From: an uncultured Nitrososphaerota archaeon
GTDB lineage: Archaea > Thermoproteota > Nitrososphaeria > Nitrososphaerales > Nitrosopumilaceae
NCBI GenBank assembly: GCA_963701075.1
Contig: OY969559.1
Span: forward strand, 1,600,001 to 1,664,000
DNA: 64,000 nucleotides
Reading direction: 5' to 3'
Both the position numbers and the translations under genes were made by a program. The notes below the pieces were generated by a model. It was not told the DNA's origin and ran no database searches. It saw only the letters and a program-made list of their open reading frames with translations. Positions 31,992 through 42,209 of the stretch are shown here, in pieces; position 1 is the first letter of the stretch, and each line of letters starts with the position of its first letter.

Positions 31992-32360
31992 TTATAAAAT
32001 CGATAGCATGGAAACTGTAGGATTGAAATCTGCCCAGAGTGTTGGCAGGTCTGTCTTGAACTGGGTCTTGTTATCATTGGTGACATCAGTTGCCACTATC
32101 TGCAGATCAGTTGTTATTTTTGAAGAATCAACGCTGATTGTAGTGCTATTGATGTTTGGTATGACACTTATTGCATCTCCAATGTAACCGGTAAGATAGT
32201 TTGCCTGACATGTTACTTATGCAAGTGTCGCATTCATGGAATCTTGTTGTACAGTGGCAGCTTTACTTTTTTGCGTGATTGGAGTCTGCGCAAATGCAGC
32301 TGCTGGAATGATCAACAAGGCATATGCCATCAACGAGACACATTGCATCTTAGTATGCAC
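31992..32360 (-). pseudogene. Degraded secreted-protein gene
   Basis: Minus frame reads LLIIPAAAFAQTPITQK...TLA*VTCQANYLTG...; signal peptide frameshifted and in-frame TAA at ~32217. Confidence 0.55.
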
Positions 32361-32573
32361 GAATGGACTAGAGAGTTTGTTTTATAAAGAATTGCTAAGC
32401 TTTGTTACTTAACAATGTTAATTTAGATTTTTATGAGTTTTTGAAATTGTACAAAATTTATCTGTGACTTTATTTGTCAAACTTTTTTTTAATTTATTGT
32501 GCAGCAATTTATTGCAACCAATCGCAATCATGTCTTGGAAAAAATATTTTCTTTGTTAAAATGTAGAACGGGT

Positions 32574-33816
32574 TTAATCTCTTCTGAGTGCCACCATTGG
32601 AGATAATCGTGATGCTTTCCAGGCAGGATAGATTCCTGCCATTATGCTAAGAGTCAATGACAACATCCAAACCTTGATCAAGTCCTCTGGCAAAAATATT
32701 GGCGGTATATGCGTAGAATCTCCCCCAGTAGGAGACGGAACCGTCATAATCATGCTAAGAAGATATCCTGCACCCATCCCTATTGCGATACCAACACTTG
32801 CCCCTATTACTCCAATCAAAGCTGCTTCAACCAAGAACAGTGAGAGAATTGTTGTGTTTTGTGCGCCTATTGCTTTCATTGTACCAATCTCTTTTATCCT
32901 TTCACTAACAGAATTGTATAACGTGGTGACAATTCCAACAGCTCCGACCACTAACGCAATTATGCCAACCATTAGGATAAATGCATTATTTCCGCTTGCT
33001 GCCTGTTCACGTATTGCCATGACAGACTTTTGGCGTGTTTGTCCCAATAGTGGAACCATATTGGGTGGTTATCTCTTTCTGTACCGTATCAACATAATCA
33101 GGCGAATCTGCCATTATATACAATGTATCATACTTGTTTGATTTTTGTAATAGTTGATTTGCCGCATCAGGGTTTATGAATATAGAAGTGTCTGTGTATG
33201 AATCGCCAGTGGGTTTTACAATTGCCCTAACAATAAAATTTTTTACGTTGCTCTCCTGCTGTCCTGCAGAATTTGCATATGTGTATGTCAGCTTTACTGT
33301 TTGTCCTAGAACCACAAAAGGTGTTGTATCGCCCGGTGGATTTGCCACGGTGTCTCCAACAATTACTGCTGCACGATCAGCAGGGTTTACAGATGAGCCG
33401 TCTACATACTGCAGGTTTGGCACCTTGACCTGTAATTTTGTGAGATCCATGCCAACAACTGTCACATGTTGTGTAGTTCCCTCTGTATCCATCTCTACAG
33501 AACCCTGATACTTTGGTATGACATCGTCTACGAACGGAAGTGACTTGATTCTGTCTACTATAACAGCATTTAGGATAAGCGAGGAAGTAGTAGTGGTAGA
33601 TGAAGCATACGAGTGCTGGCCTGAGCTGGCAAAGATAAGATTTGCTGCAAGCGTGTTGAACTGCTGCTCTAGAAATTCGGCCTGTCCTGCACTGAGTCCG
33701 TTTAATACAACTACCAAGCTGCTTCCAAGAACTACCATCATCACAGTTAGAATTGTTCTGACTTTTCTGTCGACTAGTGCGTCAAAGGACAGAGAAAATA
33801 TATCGTGTATTTGCAT
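32574..33816 (-). pseudogene. Second MacB/FtsX-type ABC permease (paralogue of 5491..6725), split by +1 in an A-run near 33030
   Basis: Collinear with the first copy. Deleting one A gives TNTPKSVMAIREQAASG. No ATPase gene adjacent. Confidence 0.85.
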
Positions 33817-34080
33817 GGCTTGTTTTCCTTACCACAAGTTTTTGGCAGTGACCAAAAAGGGATGAGGTTTAGCATTACCAGATAAGATGTATGTGGTTTT
33901 GCTGTAACTTGACAAATTGTTCATGATGACTTGCAGACCCTATTATTTAAAATGTCAAGAACGCAATTAAGTGTAATAGTACATTTATCGAAGGGTACTC
34001 AGAGATTGCAATTTTTCTGCAATATATTGCAAGCATTTTATCAATTGATTTGCTACAAGACTTTTTTCATTTGTCAGATG

Positions 34081-34335
34081 TCAGTTAAAGATTACCTTTT
34101 TTCTCCACCCAGATACAAAGAGAGCTGTGCCAATTCCAACTGATATCATTCCGGCATATACCAGCATATGGCCTACAGTTTGTACTAGATTTTCATTGCA
34201 GTGACAGCTAAAGGTCTTGCCTGATATCTGGGCAGGACAATGACAAACAACATCCGAGTATGATCCGTATCCGAGTACCGACATTAAAAGTCCCATAACA
34301 ACAAGTATCGCACCAAGAGTTTTCATCTTTATCAC
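34081..34335 (-). CDS. Small two-TM protein with two CHC motifs in the loop
   Basis: TM-VCHCP...SCHC-TM-RKK. Confidence 0.6.
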   Translation of the reverse strand: MIKMKTLGAILVVMGLLMSVLGYGSYSDVVCHCPAQISGKTFSCHCNENLVQTVGHMLVYAGMISVGIGTALFVSGWRKKVIFN

Positions 34336-34889
34336 GTATATGACATAGCCCTCATTTAAAAAATCGGCTTGTCTATATTATAACACTTGATTGCAATCAA
34401 ATTTCCACAGCCCTTAATCCAAAGGTTGATCCTGTAGTACAGGATTACCAGACTGGATTGTTCTACACAATATCATGAATAACACGTCCATCATCAGGGA
34501 CAAATGAGAATTTTCATCAGGATTGTTCCCTGTCTTGTGATTGTTCCTGTTTCCGATTATGACTGCGTGAGACAGCATGTCAATATCAACGGTTTCTAGA
34601 CTTCGTTCCATGCGTATAATACCCTGTTTGAAAATAAAACGATTGTTGAACTGTGTTAGTGCACATTGTTCTTGAATGATGAGGCGGTAATTTACAGGTT
34701 AACAGGCATAGAGTGGCATCATGATTACATCCAGTGATGTGGCATTTGAGAAAGTGTGGGTTTCTAGCAAGATCATCTCAGAGAAATGATCAATTGATTA
34801 TATCATGAATATTTTAAATGAAGAGTCAAGATAGTTTTTCCCAGATTTTTTTGACAAACGTCTGGTCTATTGAATTATAACATCCACAC

Positions 34890-35414
34890 ATGACTCTTTT
34901 TTTGAAGATGAGTCAAACTGTACAAAAAGACAAGATGTTGTTGCTCTCTTTTGTAGCAGCTGCTGTAACGGTAATTGCCGGAATAATGCACTTGCAGATG
35001 GTTCCAATGTCCATATCGCATGACATTGGAGAGGGAATACTCTTTCTAGTCGGTGGCGCACTGCAAGTCTTTTGGGCAGTGCCTGTCATAAAACGATGGG
35101 GTATGATATGGCAAATTATTGGAATTGTTGGAACCGCAGTCTTTTCGATAATATGGTTTTCTACTCACATACATAGTCTGATAGGCGGTCACGGAGGCAA
35201 TATGCCTGGAATGATGCCAAGCAACATGTCGCAGGCATTTCATGGCAACATCACCGGAGGCAATTTCCCAAGAGGGCCTCCACCTACAGGAATTAGGAGC
35301 ATACCCCAGATAGAATACCTGCAGATGGCATTCATTGTTTTGTATGCTGGCCTAAGCAAGATGATCTCAAATAAAAAGAAAGAAACTGCAATACCTGATG
35401 TAAACAAAAAATAA
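34890..35414 (+). CDS. Four-TM membrane protein
   Basis: AGIMHL, LF...G..Q.FW pattern; Met/Gly/His-rich loop. Confidence 0.7.
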   Translation: MTLFLKMSQTVQKDKMLLLSFVAAAVTVIAGIMHLQMVPMSISHDIGEGILFLVGGALQVFWAVPVIKRWGMIWQIIGIVGTAVFSIIWFSTHIHSLIGGHGGNMPGMMPSNMSQAFHGNITGGNFPRGPPPTGIRSIPQIEYLQMAFIVLYAGLSKMISNKKKETAIPDVNKK

Positions 35415-35417
35415 GAC

Positions 35418-35678
35418 TTAGATGTAATCTTTTTTTGATATCAGACTGTTAACCCGTCTTATTATTCTACGAAATGTTGGATTTTCATCGCTGCCTTGTA
35501 TCTCAAGCTTGCCGTCCTTGTAATAGTATACTGCAATTTTTCCGTCAATTGATACCATCTCAAACGAGTCTAGCATCGAATCATGGTATGAGGGGTATTG
35601 CGAGAGTATGAAATCTTTTGTAAGCGATCTCTTTACAGAATAAAACAGGTCTGGCGGCACCTTGTTGTAGTTTACCAT
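35418..35678 (-). CDS. Small hypothetical protein (TBP/RNase HIII N-domain-like)
   Basis: IAVYYYKDGKLEIQG motif. Confidence 0.6.
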   Translation of the reverse strand: MVNYNKVPPDLFYSVKRSLTKDFILSQYPSYHDSMLDSFEMVSIDGKIAVYYYKDGKLEIQGSDENPTFRRIIRRVNSLISKKDYI

Positions 35679-35758
35679 ATCATTGCCTTGCGTTCCATCA
35701 TTTTTAGCGTTTTTTTGCCGTAAAATTGCCTCGAGTTTTCATTTCTTAATTTTTAATT

Positions 35759-36217
35759 CTACTGGTATGGTATGCACTGCTGTACATCATGCAATCTTGC
35801 AATTGCATTTAACGCATTATTTTTGTAATCTTCATTTCTTGCAAGCCATGAAGCAATATCTGTTACAGTCACTATTCCCGCAAGACTGCCATCTTGGCCC
35901 ACAACTACAAGACGCCTTATGTTATATATCGACATCATGAGCGCTGCTTCGGAAATTATTTCGTTGGCCTCAATAGATATGATTGGATTTGACATTATCT
36001 TCTCCACAAGTACTTTGGACGGATTCAAATCCTGAGATACCACCTTAGTTACAATATCTCTTTCTGTAAGCATCCCTGCTGGTTGCGCCCTCTGTGTAAC
36101 CACAATTGATCCAATCCCTAACTTTGTCATTATCTGCGAAGCCTCAAAGACACTTGAGTTTGTAGGAATGGTCTGGACAAATTCTGTCATTATTTCCTTG
36201 ACGGTTGATTCGCTCAT
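35759..36217 (-). CDS. CBS-domain pair protein
   Basis: VKEIMT, GMLTERDIV, VEKIMS.PII, IRRLVVV, GIVTVTDI. Confidence 0.92.
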   Translation of the reverse strand: MSESTVKEIMTEFVQTIPTNSSVFEASQIMTKLGIGSIVVTQRAQPAGMLTERDIVTKVVSQDLNPSKVLVEKIMSNPIISIEANEIISEAALMMSIYNIRRLVVVGQDGSLAGIVTVTDIASWLARNEDYKNNALNAIARLHDVQQCIPYQ

Positions 36218-36645
36218 GCTGAGAAACTATTTTGGATACAAGATATTAATTCAGATATCTGAACAATCTGAGTCAGTGTTAAATTAATTTAAGTTAAAAA
36301 AGTAAGCGGTGTAGAGAGGTAAATTGAGATTAGGCAGTAATGTCGTTTGGGTTCTCGATTTTCTTGCAATCAACTCTAGTACGAGCTCAAAATCTTGCAA
36401 CCAGCCTTTTTGACGTATGCGACCACAGTCAATTTTTGCATATACCAACTCATGCCCAATAGGGCACTTGGTATCACAGTCTTTGCACTCTTTTTGAATT
36501 GCTTGAACATTTTGCATGTTCCAATTTATGATCATGCCCTTCTTGTAACCACTAAACATCAGTGCAATATCGTTTGCAAGAAGAAAAAGTAGGTCTAACT
36601 AATAATCTGAGATATTTTTGCAATATCTTTTGGTAACAATATGGT

Positions 36646-37730
36646 TAGGAGTTACGCAGTTGACCTTCACAAGATAGCCTAAGGATTCATTCCATAAATC
36701 TTAGATCCAAGACGATCCCCTCTTTGCAATGAACCAATCAAGATGTGATGTACTAGACTACATACAGTTCCTCATAGCATCCCAGAAGACCTTTACATGT
36801 ACAGAGGCTGCAAGATGCCAGCCCGTGGAGCTGTACAAAATCCCATCCCATGACTCCTTTACGCGCCTTCTACAACGACAGACTCAAGACACTGAGACGG
36901 TTTGGAAGGAAGCAAAGGCAATGATAGGAAGCGGGGGTGTTATTGTAGTCGACGATACCACTCTTGACAAGCCGTATGCCTCAAAGATGGACCTTGTAAC
37001 ATGGCACTGGAGTGGCAAGCACAGATGTGTGGTCAAGGGAATAAACCTCATCACGCTTCTGTGGACAGATGGAAAAAAGCGCGTACCGTGTGATTGCAGG
37101 ATCTACGACGCACCTGTCACAGGTCTTACAAAGAACGACCGCTTCCAGGAGATGCTGGTAAAGGCCAGGCAGAGAGGCATGAATCCGCTGTATGTGCTCT
37201 TTGACAGTTGGTACTGCAGCATTGGAAACCTCCATCTTGTCGCAAAGCTTGGATGGTATTTTCTGACAAGGCTGAAAAGCAACAGGACTGTCAGTCTGAA
37301 AGATGGTAAGAACGTGTCAGTGAGTAGCATGGAAATACCAAAGCATGGAAGAACAGTCTACCTCAAAGAGTACGGAACCATAAAGGTATTCAGGACAGTT
37401 TCCAAAAACGGAGACGCTGAGTACTGGGCAACAAACAATCTGTCAATGAATGCGGTAAGAAGGGAGGAGCTTGAAAAACATGGATGGTCAGTAGAGGTGT
37501 ATCACCGTGGAATCAAGCAGTGCTGTGGTATTGAAAGGTCGCATGTCAGAAAGGCAAGATCGATAATCAGTCACATACTCTTGTCTGTCAGGGCTTTTCT
37601 GCGTCTTGAGGCATACCGGATAGAGACAGGGACGAGCTGGTATGAGGCAAAGAGTGCCATAATCCGGTATGCGATACGGAACTATCTATCCCGTCCGTTC
37701 TGTCATTTGGGCTCAACTGCGTAACTCCTA
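36646..37730 (+). mobile_element. Complete insertion sequence (IS701/ISH3-like, IS4-superfamily DDE), 1085 bp
   Basis: Perfect 18-bp TIRs TAGGAGTTACGCAGTTGA (36646-36663) and TCAACTGCGTAACTCCTA (37713-37730); ATGGT duplicated at 36641-36645 and 37731-37735. Confidence 0.95.
36729..37724 (+). CDS. DDE transposase
   Basis: VDDTTLDKPY, LFDSWY and W.VE.YHR.IKQ..G motifs; intact ORF. Confidence 0.95.
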   Translation: MNQSRCDVLDYIQFLIASQKTFTCTEAARCQPVELYKIPSHDSFTRLLQRQTQDTETVWKEAKAMIGSGGVIVVDDTTLDKPYASKMDLVTWHWSGKHRCVVKGINLITLLWTDGKKRVPCDCRIYDAPVTGLTKNDRFQEMLVKARQRGMNPLYVLFDSWYCSIGNLHLVAKLGWYFLTRLKSNRTVSLKDGKNVSVSSMEIPKHGRTVYLKEYGTIKVFRTVSKNGDAEYWATNNLSMNAVRREELEKHGWSVEVYHRGIKQCCGIERSHVRKARSIISHILLSVRAFLRLEAYRIETGTSWYEAKSAIIRYAIRNYLSRPFCHLGSTA

Positions 37731-38650
37731 ATGGTAAAAGTGACTGGATTATTTCTAACAGAAATTGTACCGTGGTGTTGGCCAATTATGTTTTTACAAC
37801 TTGGTAGGCCAAGTCCAGTCCCACGTTCTTTTGTGGTAAACAACGGTTCAAAAACCTTTGACAGTGATTCGTCAGGTATTGCAGGACCCGAATTTTGAAT
37901 ATCTATTTGGATCTCATCCTCTTTCTTGGCAAGCCTTATTGAAATTTCTCCAGCGGTTTTTTCTCCAATAGATTGAATTGCGTTTGTCAATATGTTATAA
38001 AAGACAACTTCCAACTTTATTTTATCGCATTTTATCGAGATGTCATTTTCTGGAATTATTATTTTTATATTGGCTGGAACTGGAATTCCATCCAATGAAC
38101 TGCGAATTATATCCAATAGAGAATATTTTTCTATAATTAATGGCTGGGTTCTAGCAAAATCCAAGACACCTGTTATCAGCATATTCATTCTAGCAACAGA
38201 ACGACTTATTCTTGAAAACTCCTCTAGCATATCCGAATTAAGCTTTCCTTTGTATTTTATGTTCATCAGGTCTACCGTATTTTGGATTATTGAAATAGGG
38301 TTTCTCAGATCATGGCTCAGATCAGATGCCAGCTCGCCCAAAATTACTAGTTTTTCGTCTTTGATGTTTTTTTCGGTCTTAGTTTGTTGCACCTTTGTAA
38401 CAAATTCACATTTTAGACCAAGTGACTCGTGATGTTTCCAAATGGCCTCTTCACTAGGCGCCTCCAAGATACAGTATAGCTTGTCTTCATTTTTGTTGTG
38501 AAATATTTCCAAATGCGTGACCCCAAAGCCATCCTTGGGTAAATTTACCGCTTTTTCCAGATCTTCCTGACTGAGATCTTTCATATTGTGGCCGTCTATG
38601 AAGATTGGCAATCGTATATCATAGCCGATTTTCTCATAAATATCTTTCAC
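37703..38650 (-). CDS. Histidine kinase with an N-terminal DUF4242 (SCO4226-like) domain; C-terminus displaced by the IS
   Basis: H-box SHDLRNP, N-box NILTNAIQ, FEPLFTTK..GTGLGL. The native end TFTILLPKDIAKISQIIS* lies at 36595-36645. Confidence 0.9.
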   Translation of the reverse strand: MKDIYEKIGYDIRLPIFIDGHNMKDLSQEDLEKAVNLPKDGFGVTHLEIFHNKNEDKLYCILEAPSEEAIWKHHESLGLKCEFVTKVQQTKTEKNIKDEKLVILGELASDLSHDLRNPISIIQNTVDLMNIKYKGKLNSDMLEEFSRISRSVARMNMLITGVLDFARTQPLIIEKYSLLDIIRSSLDGIPVPANIKIIIPENDISIKCDKIKLEVVFYNILTNAIQSIGEKTAGEISIRLAKKEDEIQIDIQNSGPAIPDESLSKVFEPLFTTKERGTGLGLPSCKNIIGQHHGTISVRNNPVTFTIRSYAVEPK

Positions 38651-38690
38651 ACATGAAGGTCTAGAAGTTCTCCGTGTTCAGTTTCAGGTG

Positions 38691-39353
38691 TTATTTTGCT
38701 ATTTGATTATTAATTAGATATTCCAGAGCCCTCAAATTCTTCATTTGAGATCTCCCCATCTGCCAACCAGTTAGCATCATTGCGTAGCCATGAAGGAATG
38801 TATGATATTGAATCCGATGTACTGTTTGTTTTTATGATTCCATAATCAATCAGATTCTTTATTCCATGAGAATAGTCTACATCTCTGATCTGGCCGTATG
38901 CCATAACTTTGAGGCATCTTTGAACCACAATGGGATTGTCTTTGATGGCACTACATCAGTTGATGATTGATTGGATGATTTTATTACTGATTCGTAGGTC
39001 TCGCTTCTGGTGTAACCGTAGAGTTTTCCCCCAATAAATAATGCATAAAAGTCAAATGGATTGCCATCATCTTTTGGCACTGCCTTCCAATAAGCCAAGA
39101 ACTTGCCATCAGAATCAGTGGTAGTAATTGCCAAAATTATATCAGGTCGTGTATACGCCGTATCATCTTCGACGAATATGGCACGATTAGGAATTGGCGT
39201 TCCATCAGCATCAGTCAATACACCTGAGAATGTGGCGTTGTAACCTTCTCTCACGTCTCCGCCAACTAGATTTAGATGAAGTTTTGCGTAAGATACAGCA
39301 TAGGCACTAGGCAATCCCAGCAATAGAATCGCAATTAGTAAGATTATTCGCAA
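38691..39353 (-). pseudogene. Secreted protein (Ig-like + tandem IPxW..W domain) with two apparent frameshifts
   Basis: IPLWFKDASKLWH continues in another frame as DGQIRDVDYSHGIKNLI...IPSWLRNDANWLADG; a second shift gives ALEYLINNQIAK*. Confidence 0.7.
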
Positions 39354-39600
39354 TTTGAATTGTGGAAGATGTTTTATCTTATATTGTTGTCTTTGATAAA
39401 TTCTCAGTCTTATTTTTACCCAAGTCTAAATTCCTGTTTAACTAGAGCAAATCCGATAAGACCAAGATTATGCTATTTTTGTGCAATTCCAGACCCACAT
39501 TAGATGAGTGGTAAGGTATCTACCCAGATGAGTTTTACTGCACATTTTTTTATCAGTGTCTTCCATGATTGGTATCTTGAAAGTCTGGAATTAGAAAATT

Positions 39601-40251
39601 AATCAAAAAAAGTTTTTTGTTGAAATCATTGGCACATGTATATTGGTTATCGTTTCTGCTGGACCTGCAGTATTGAATGCAAAGTATGCGGGAATGTTTG
39701 GACCTTGGTTTCTTGCACTATGCCCGGCGGTCGGAGTTGGCTTGGCAATACGTGCATTTACCAAAATTTCAATGGCGCATTACAACCCTGCAGTAACAAT
39801 TGGGTTTCTAATAACAAAACATATGCCACGAAACCTTCTTGGGTTATACCTTGCAGCAGAATGTATTGGTGCATTTTTGGGTATTCTTTTTGTCAAATAT
39901 TTTATTGGCACACAGGCCAATATTGGTGCTAATGCGCCTAACTATGCATATCCCATACCGCTAATCTTTGTAGTAGAAGTTCTGGCTACTATGTTCGTAA
40001 TGGGAATTACTCTAATTGTTGTTCATGACAGAGGGCACCATGGACATGGATGGGCTGCGGTGGGTGCGGTCATCGGATTGGATATTTTCTTTTTTGGAAC
40101 CGTATCAGGTGCATCCATGAATCCAATTAGATCGTTGGCATCGGCAGTAGCATCAGGTTACATAAACGACTTGTGGTTGTATCTGACTGCACCGTTCATA
40201 GGTACTAGCATTATTGCATTGATATATCGAAAAAAGTTTAAAAAAAATTAG
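39601..40251 (+). CDS. Aquaporin (MIP family); 5' end uncertain
   Basis: HYNPAVT and SMNPIRS motifs, six TMs. TM1 KFFVEIIGT lies in frame upstream of the called start, but an in-frame TAG at 39592 separates it from the ATG at 39565. Confidence 0.88.
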   Translation, partial: NQKKFFVEIIGTCILVIVSAGPAVLNAKYAGMFGPWFLALCPAVGVGLAIRAFTKISMAHYNPAVTIGFLITKHMPRNLLGLYLAAECIGAFLGILFVKYFIGTQANIGANAPNYAYPIPLIFVVEVLATMFVMGITLIVVHDRGHHGHGWAAVGAVIGLDIFFFGTVSGASMNPIRSLASAVASGYINDLWLYLTAPFIGTSIIALIYRKKFKKN

Positions 40252-40339
40252 TCTGGAATTTTTTCCAATGCAGTTAGGTGTTTGTAACAAGTATGACGGC
40301 TAGATGCGAGTCTGGTAAGACCCAAATCAACTGTGTGTC

Positions 40340-41662
40340 CTAATACGTATCAAGGTACTTTGTTATCTCCCATGGAGTAACTTCGATCTTAAACTCTTCC
40401 CACTCTTTTGTTTTAATTGCAAGATATTTTTCAAGCAAGCTGTTGCCAAGAGTTTCTATGACAAGTTTGTCGTTTTTCATCTCCGACAATGCATCAAGTA
40501 GTGATGATGGCAGAACATTTACATGCCTTTTTTTAAGATCTTCGCTGTCAAAGTGATATACGTTTTCTTCTACAGCCTCTGGTGGAACAAGATTTCTCCT
40601 TATGCCATCAAGTCCTGCCTTGAGCATGACTGCAAAGGCAAGATACGGATTGCATGTAGGATCAGGACACCGCAATTCAACCCTTGCAGACTTGTTTTGC
40701 CCAAACCATTTTGGAATTCTAATTAGCGAAGACCGGTTCATGCTTGCCCATGTGATATAAACAGGAGCCTCAAAGCCTGAGACCAGCCTCTTGTAAGAGT
40801 TTACAGTAGGACAAAGAATTGCACAGATTGCCCGTATGTGTTCCATCTGTCCTGCAATGAAGTTATAAGCTGTCTTTGAAAGATTGTACTTGTCGTTTTC
40901 GTCATAAAACAAGTTACTTTGAGACTTGTCAAAAAGGCTTTGATGTACATGCAACCCAGAACCTGCAAGTCCCATCATGGGCTTTGCCATAAACGTTGCA
41001 TGCAGCCCGTGTTTTTGGGCAATTTTTTTTACTGTATACTTTAGTGTAAGCAACCGGTCAGCTGTCTCGATTGCATGTGCATAGTTAAAGCCCACTTCAT
41101 ATTGGCCTGGCCCTACCTCGTGGTGCGAGGCTTCAGTATTAATGGAAAATGCACCAAGCGAGTTCATTATCTCTTTTAAGACAGAGTATGTCTCCGATGA
41201 CGACAAGTCAAAATAGCCTCCCCCGTCTACAGGCAAAGTTTTAGATGCGTCATTTTTCTTAAATAGATAAAACTCTGGCTCAGGGCCAGTGTTGTACTCG
41301 TAGCCTAGTTTTGATGCCTCTAATACTGCCTTTTTTAAAATGAATCTTGGATCTCCTTCAAAAGAGGTTCCGTCCGATTTGTAAAGATCGCAGATGAACC
41401 TGGCAGTCTTGCCATTTTCAGAATCCCATGGAACTACACAATAAGTTGTCAGGTCAGGTTTTAGGAAGAGATCACTTTCTTGGATTCTTGCAAACCCCTC
41501 AATTGAAGAGCCGTCAAACCAGACTCCTCGTGTCAGGGCGCCTTCCAGTTCCCTTGTCGGTATTATCACTTCTTTGACAACGCCTAACAGATCGCTGAAT
41601 TGCAAGCTTACAAACCTGATTTCGTCAATTTTTGCCTGCTTTAGGATCTCTTCAATTTCCAC
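40340..41662 (-). CDS. glnA: Glutamine synthetase type I (GSI-alpha length)
   Basis: FDGSSIEGFARIQESD, HHEVGPGQYE, FMAKP...AGSGLHVHQSL, NSYKRLV.GFEAP, ELRCPDPTCNPY. Confidence 0.93.
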   Translation of the reverse strand: MEIEEILKQAKIDEIRFVSLQFSDLLGVVKEVIIPTRELEGALTRGVWFDGSSIEGFARIQESDLFLKPDLTTYCVVPWDSENGKTARFICDLYKSDGTSFEGDPRFILKKAVLEASKLGYEYNTGPEPEFYLFKKNDASKTLPVDGGGYFDLSSSETYSVLKEIMNSLGAFSINTEASHHEVGPGQYEVGFNYAHAIETADRLLTLKYTVKKIAQKHGLHATFMAKPMMGLAGSGLHVHQSLFDKSQSNLFYDENDKYNLSKTAYNFIAGQMEHIRAICAILCPTVNSYKRLVSGFEAPVYITWASMNRSSLIRIPKWFGQNKSARVELRCPDPTCNPYLAFAVMLKAGLDGIRRNLVPPEAVEENVYHFDSEDLKKRHVNVLPSSLLDALSEMKNDKLVIETLGNSLLEKYLAIKTKEWEEFKIEVTPWEITKYLDTY

Positions 41663-41789
41663 ATCTTTTCTTTGCGGGTAATGCTTAAAGTATTTTCCAT
41701 ATCATACTAGAGATATCATTTCTACTAGACTAGTTTAGCACCATCTTTCTTATTAGAGAGGATGACATAATGATATACAATGAAGTAAC

Positions 41790-42209
41790 ATGTCCCAAAC
41801 CATAGACCCCAAGTCTATTGAAAGTAGCCTTTCAGTGGATGGAGTGGAGTTTGTGGGTTTTATCAGCAAGCTGGGACGTGTCATAGATTATTCGTGTAAA
41901 AACGAGATCAACCTCACACAAGAGCAAAAAGAGACGCTGTTCATGACAACTTCGCTGAATCTGTCAATGCAAAGAGATTATGATGATGATTTGGGGGCTG
42001 TTCAGTATATTGTTTCAGAGAGGAAGAATTCAAAGATTGTTTCAATACCTGCCCCTTTTGGGTCTATCATTTTGGTCATGAAAAAGAAGACAAGGCCTTC
42101 CTTACTTGTAAAAAAGCTTTTGAAGGCAATTGACCATGCAAGGGGACTAGACGATAAGTTGCCAGGACTTAATTCAACGGTTATCGAAGAGGTAAAAGCA
42201 TGTCTTTGA
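41790..42209 (+). CDS. Roadblock/LC7-like protein (DUF6659-like)
   Basis: V.FVG.I.K.G......M..DYD..LG.V.Y...ER; similar to 21378..21755. Confidence 0.75.
   Translation: MSQTIDPKSIESSLSVDGVEFVGFISKLGRVIDYSCKNEINLTQEQKETLFMTTSLNLSMQRDYDDDLGAVQYIVSERKNSKIVSIPAPFGSIILVMKKKTRPSLLVKKLLKAIDHARGLDDKLPGLNSTVIEEVKACL

Noticed and set aside
34414-34611. Possible DUF4145/HEPN remnant (HAVIIGNRNNH)
   Set aside because: Similarity is limited to a few residues; cannot be supported without a search.
36284-36592. ORFs 36284..36559 (-) and 36395..36592 (+)
   Set aside because: Mutually overlapping, no recognisable motifs; could not decide that either is real.
39565-39600. Pyrrolysine or other TAG read-through in the aquaporin N-terminus
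   Set aside because: No pyl genes seen and TAG is used as a normal stop throughout the window; mutation or sequencing error is simpler.
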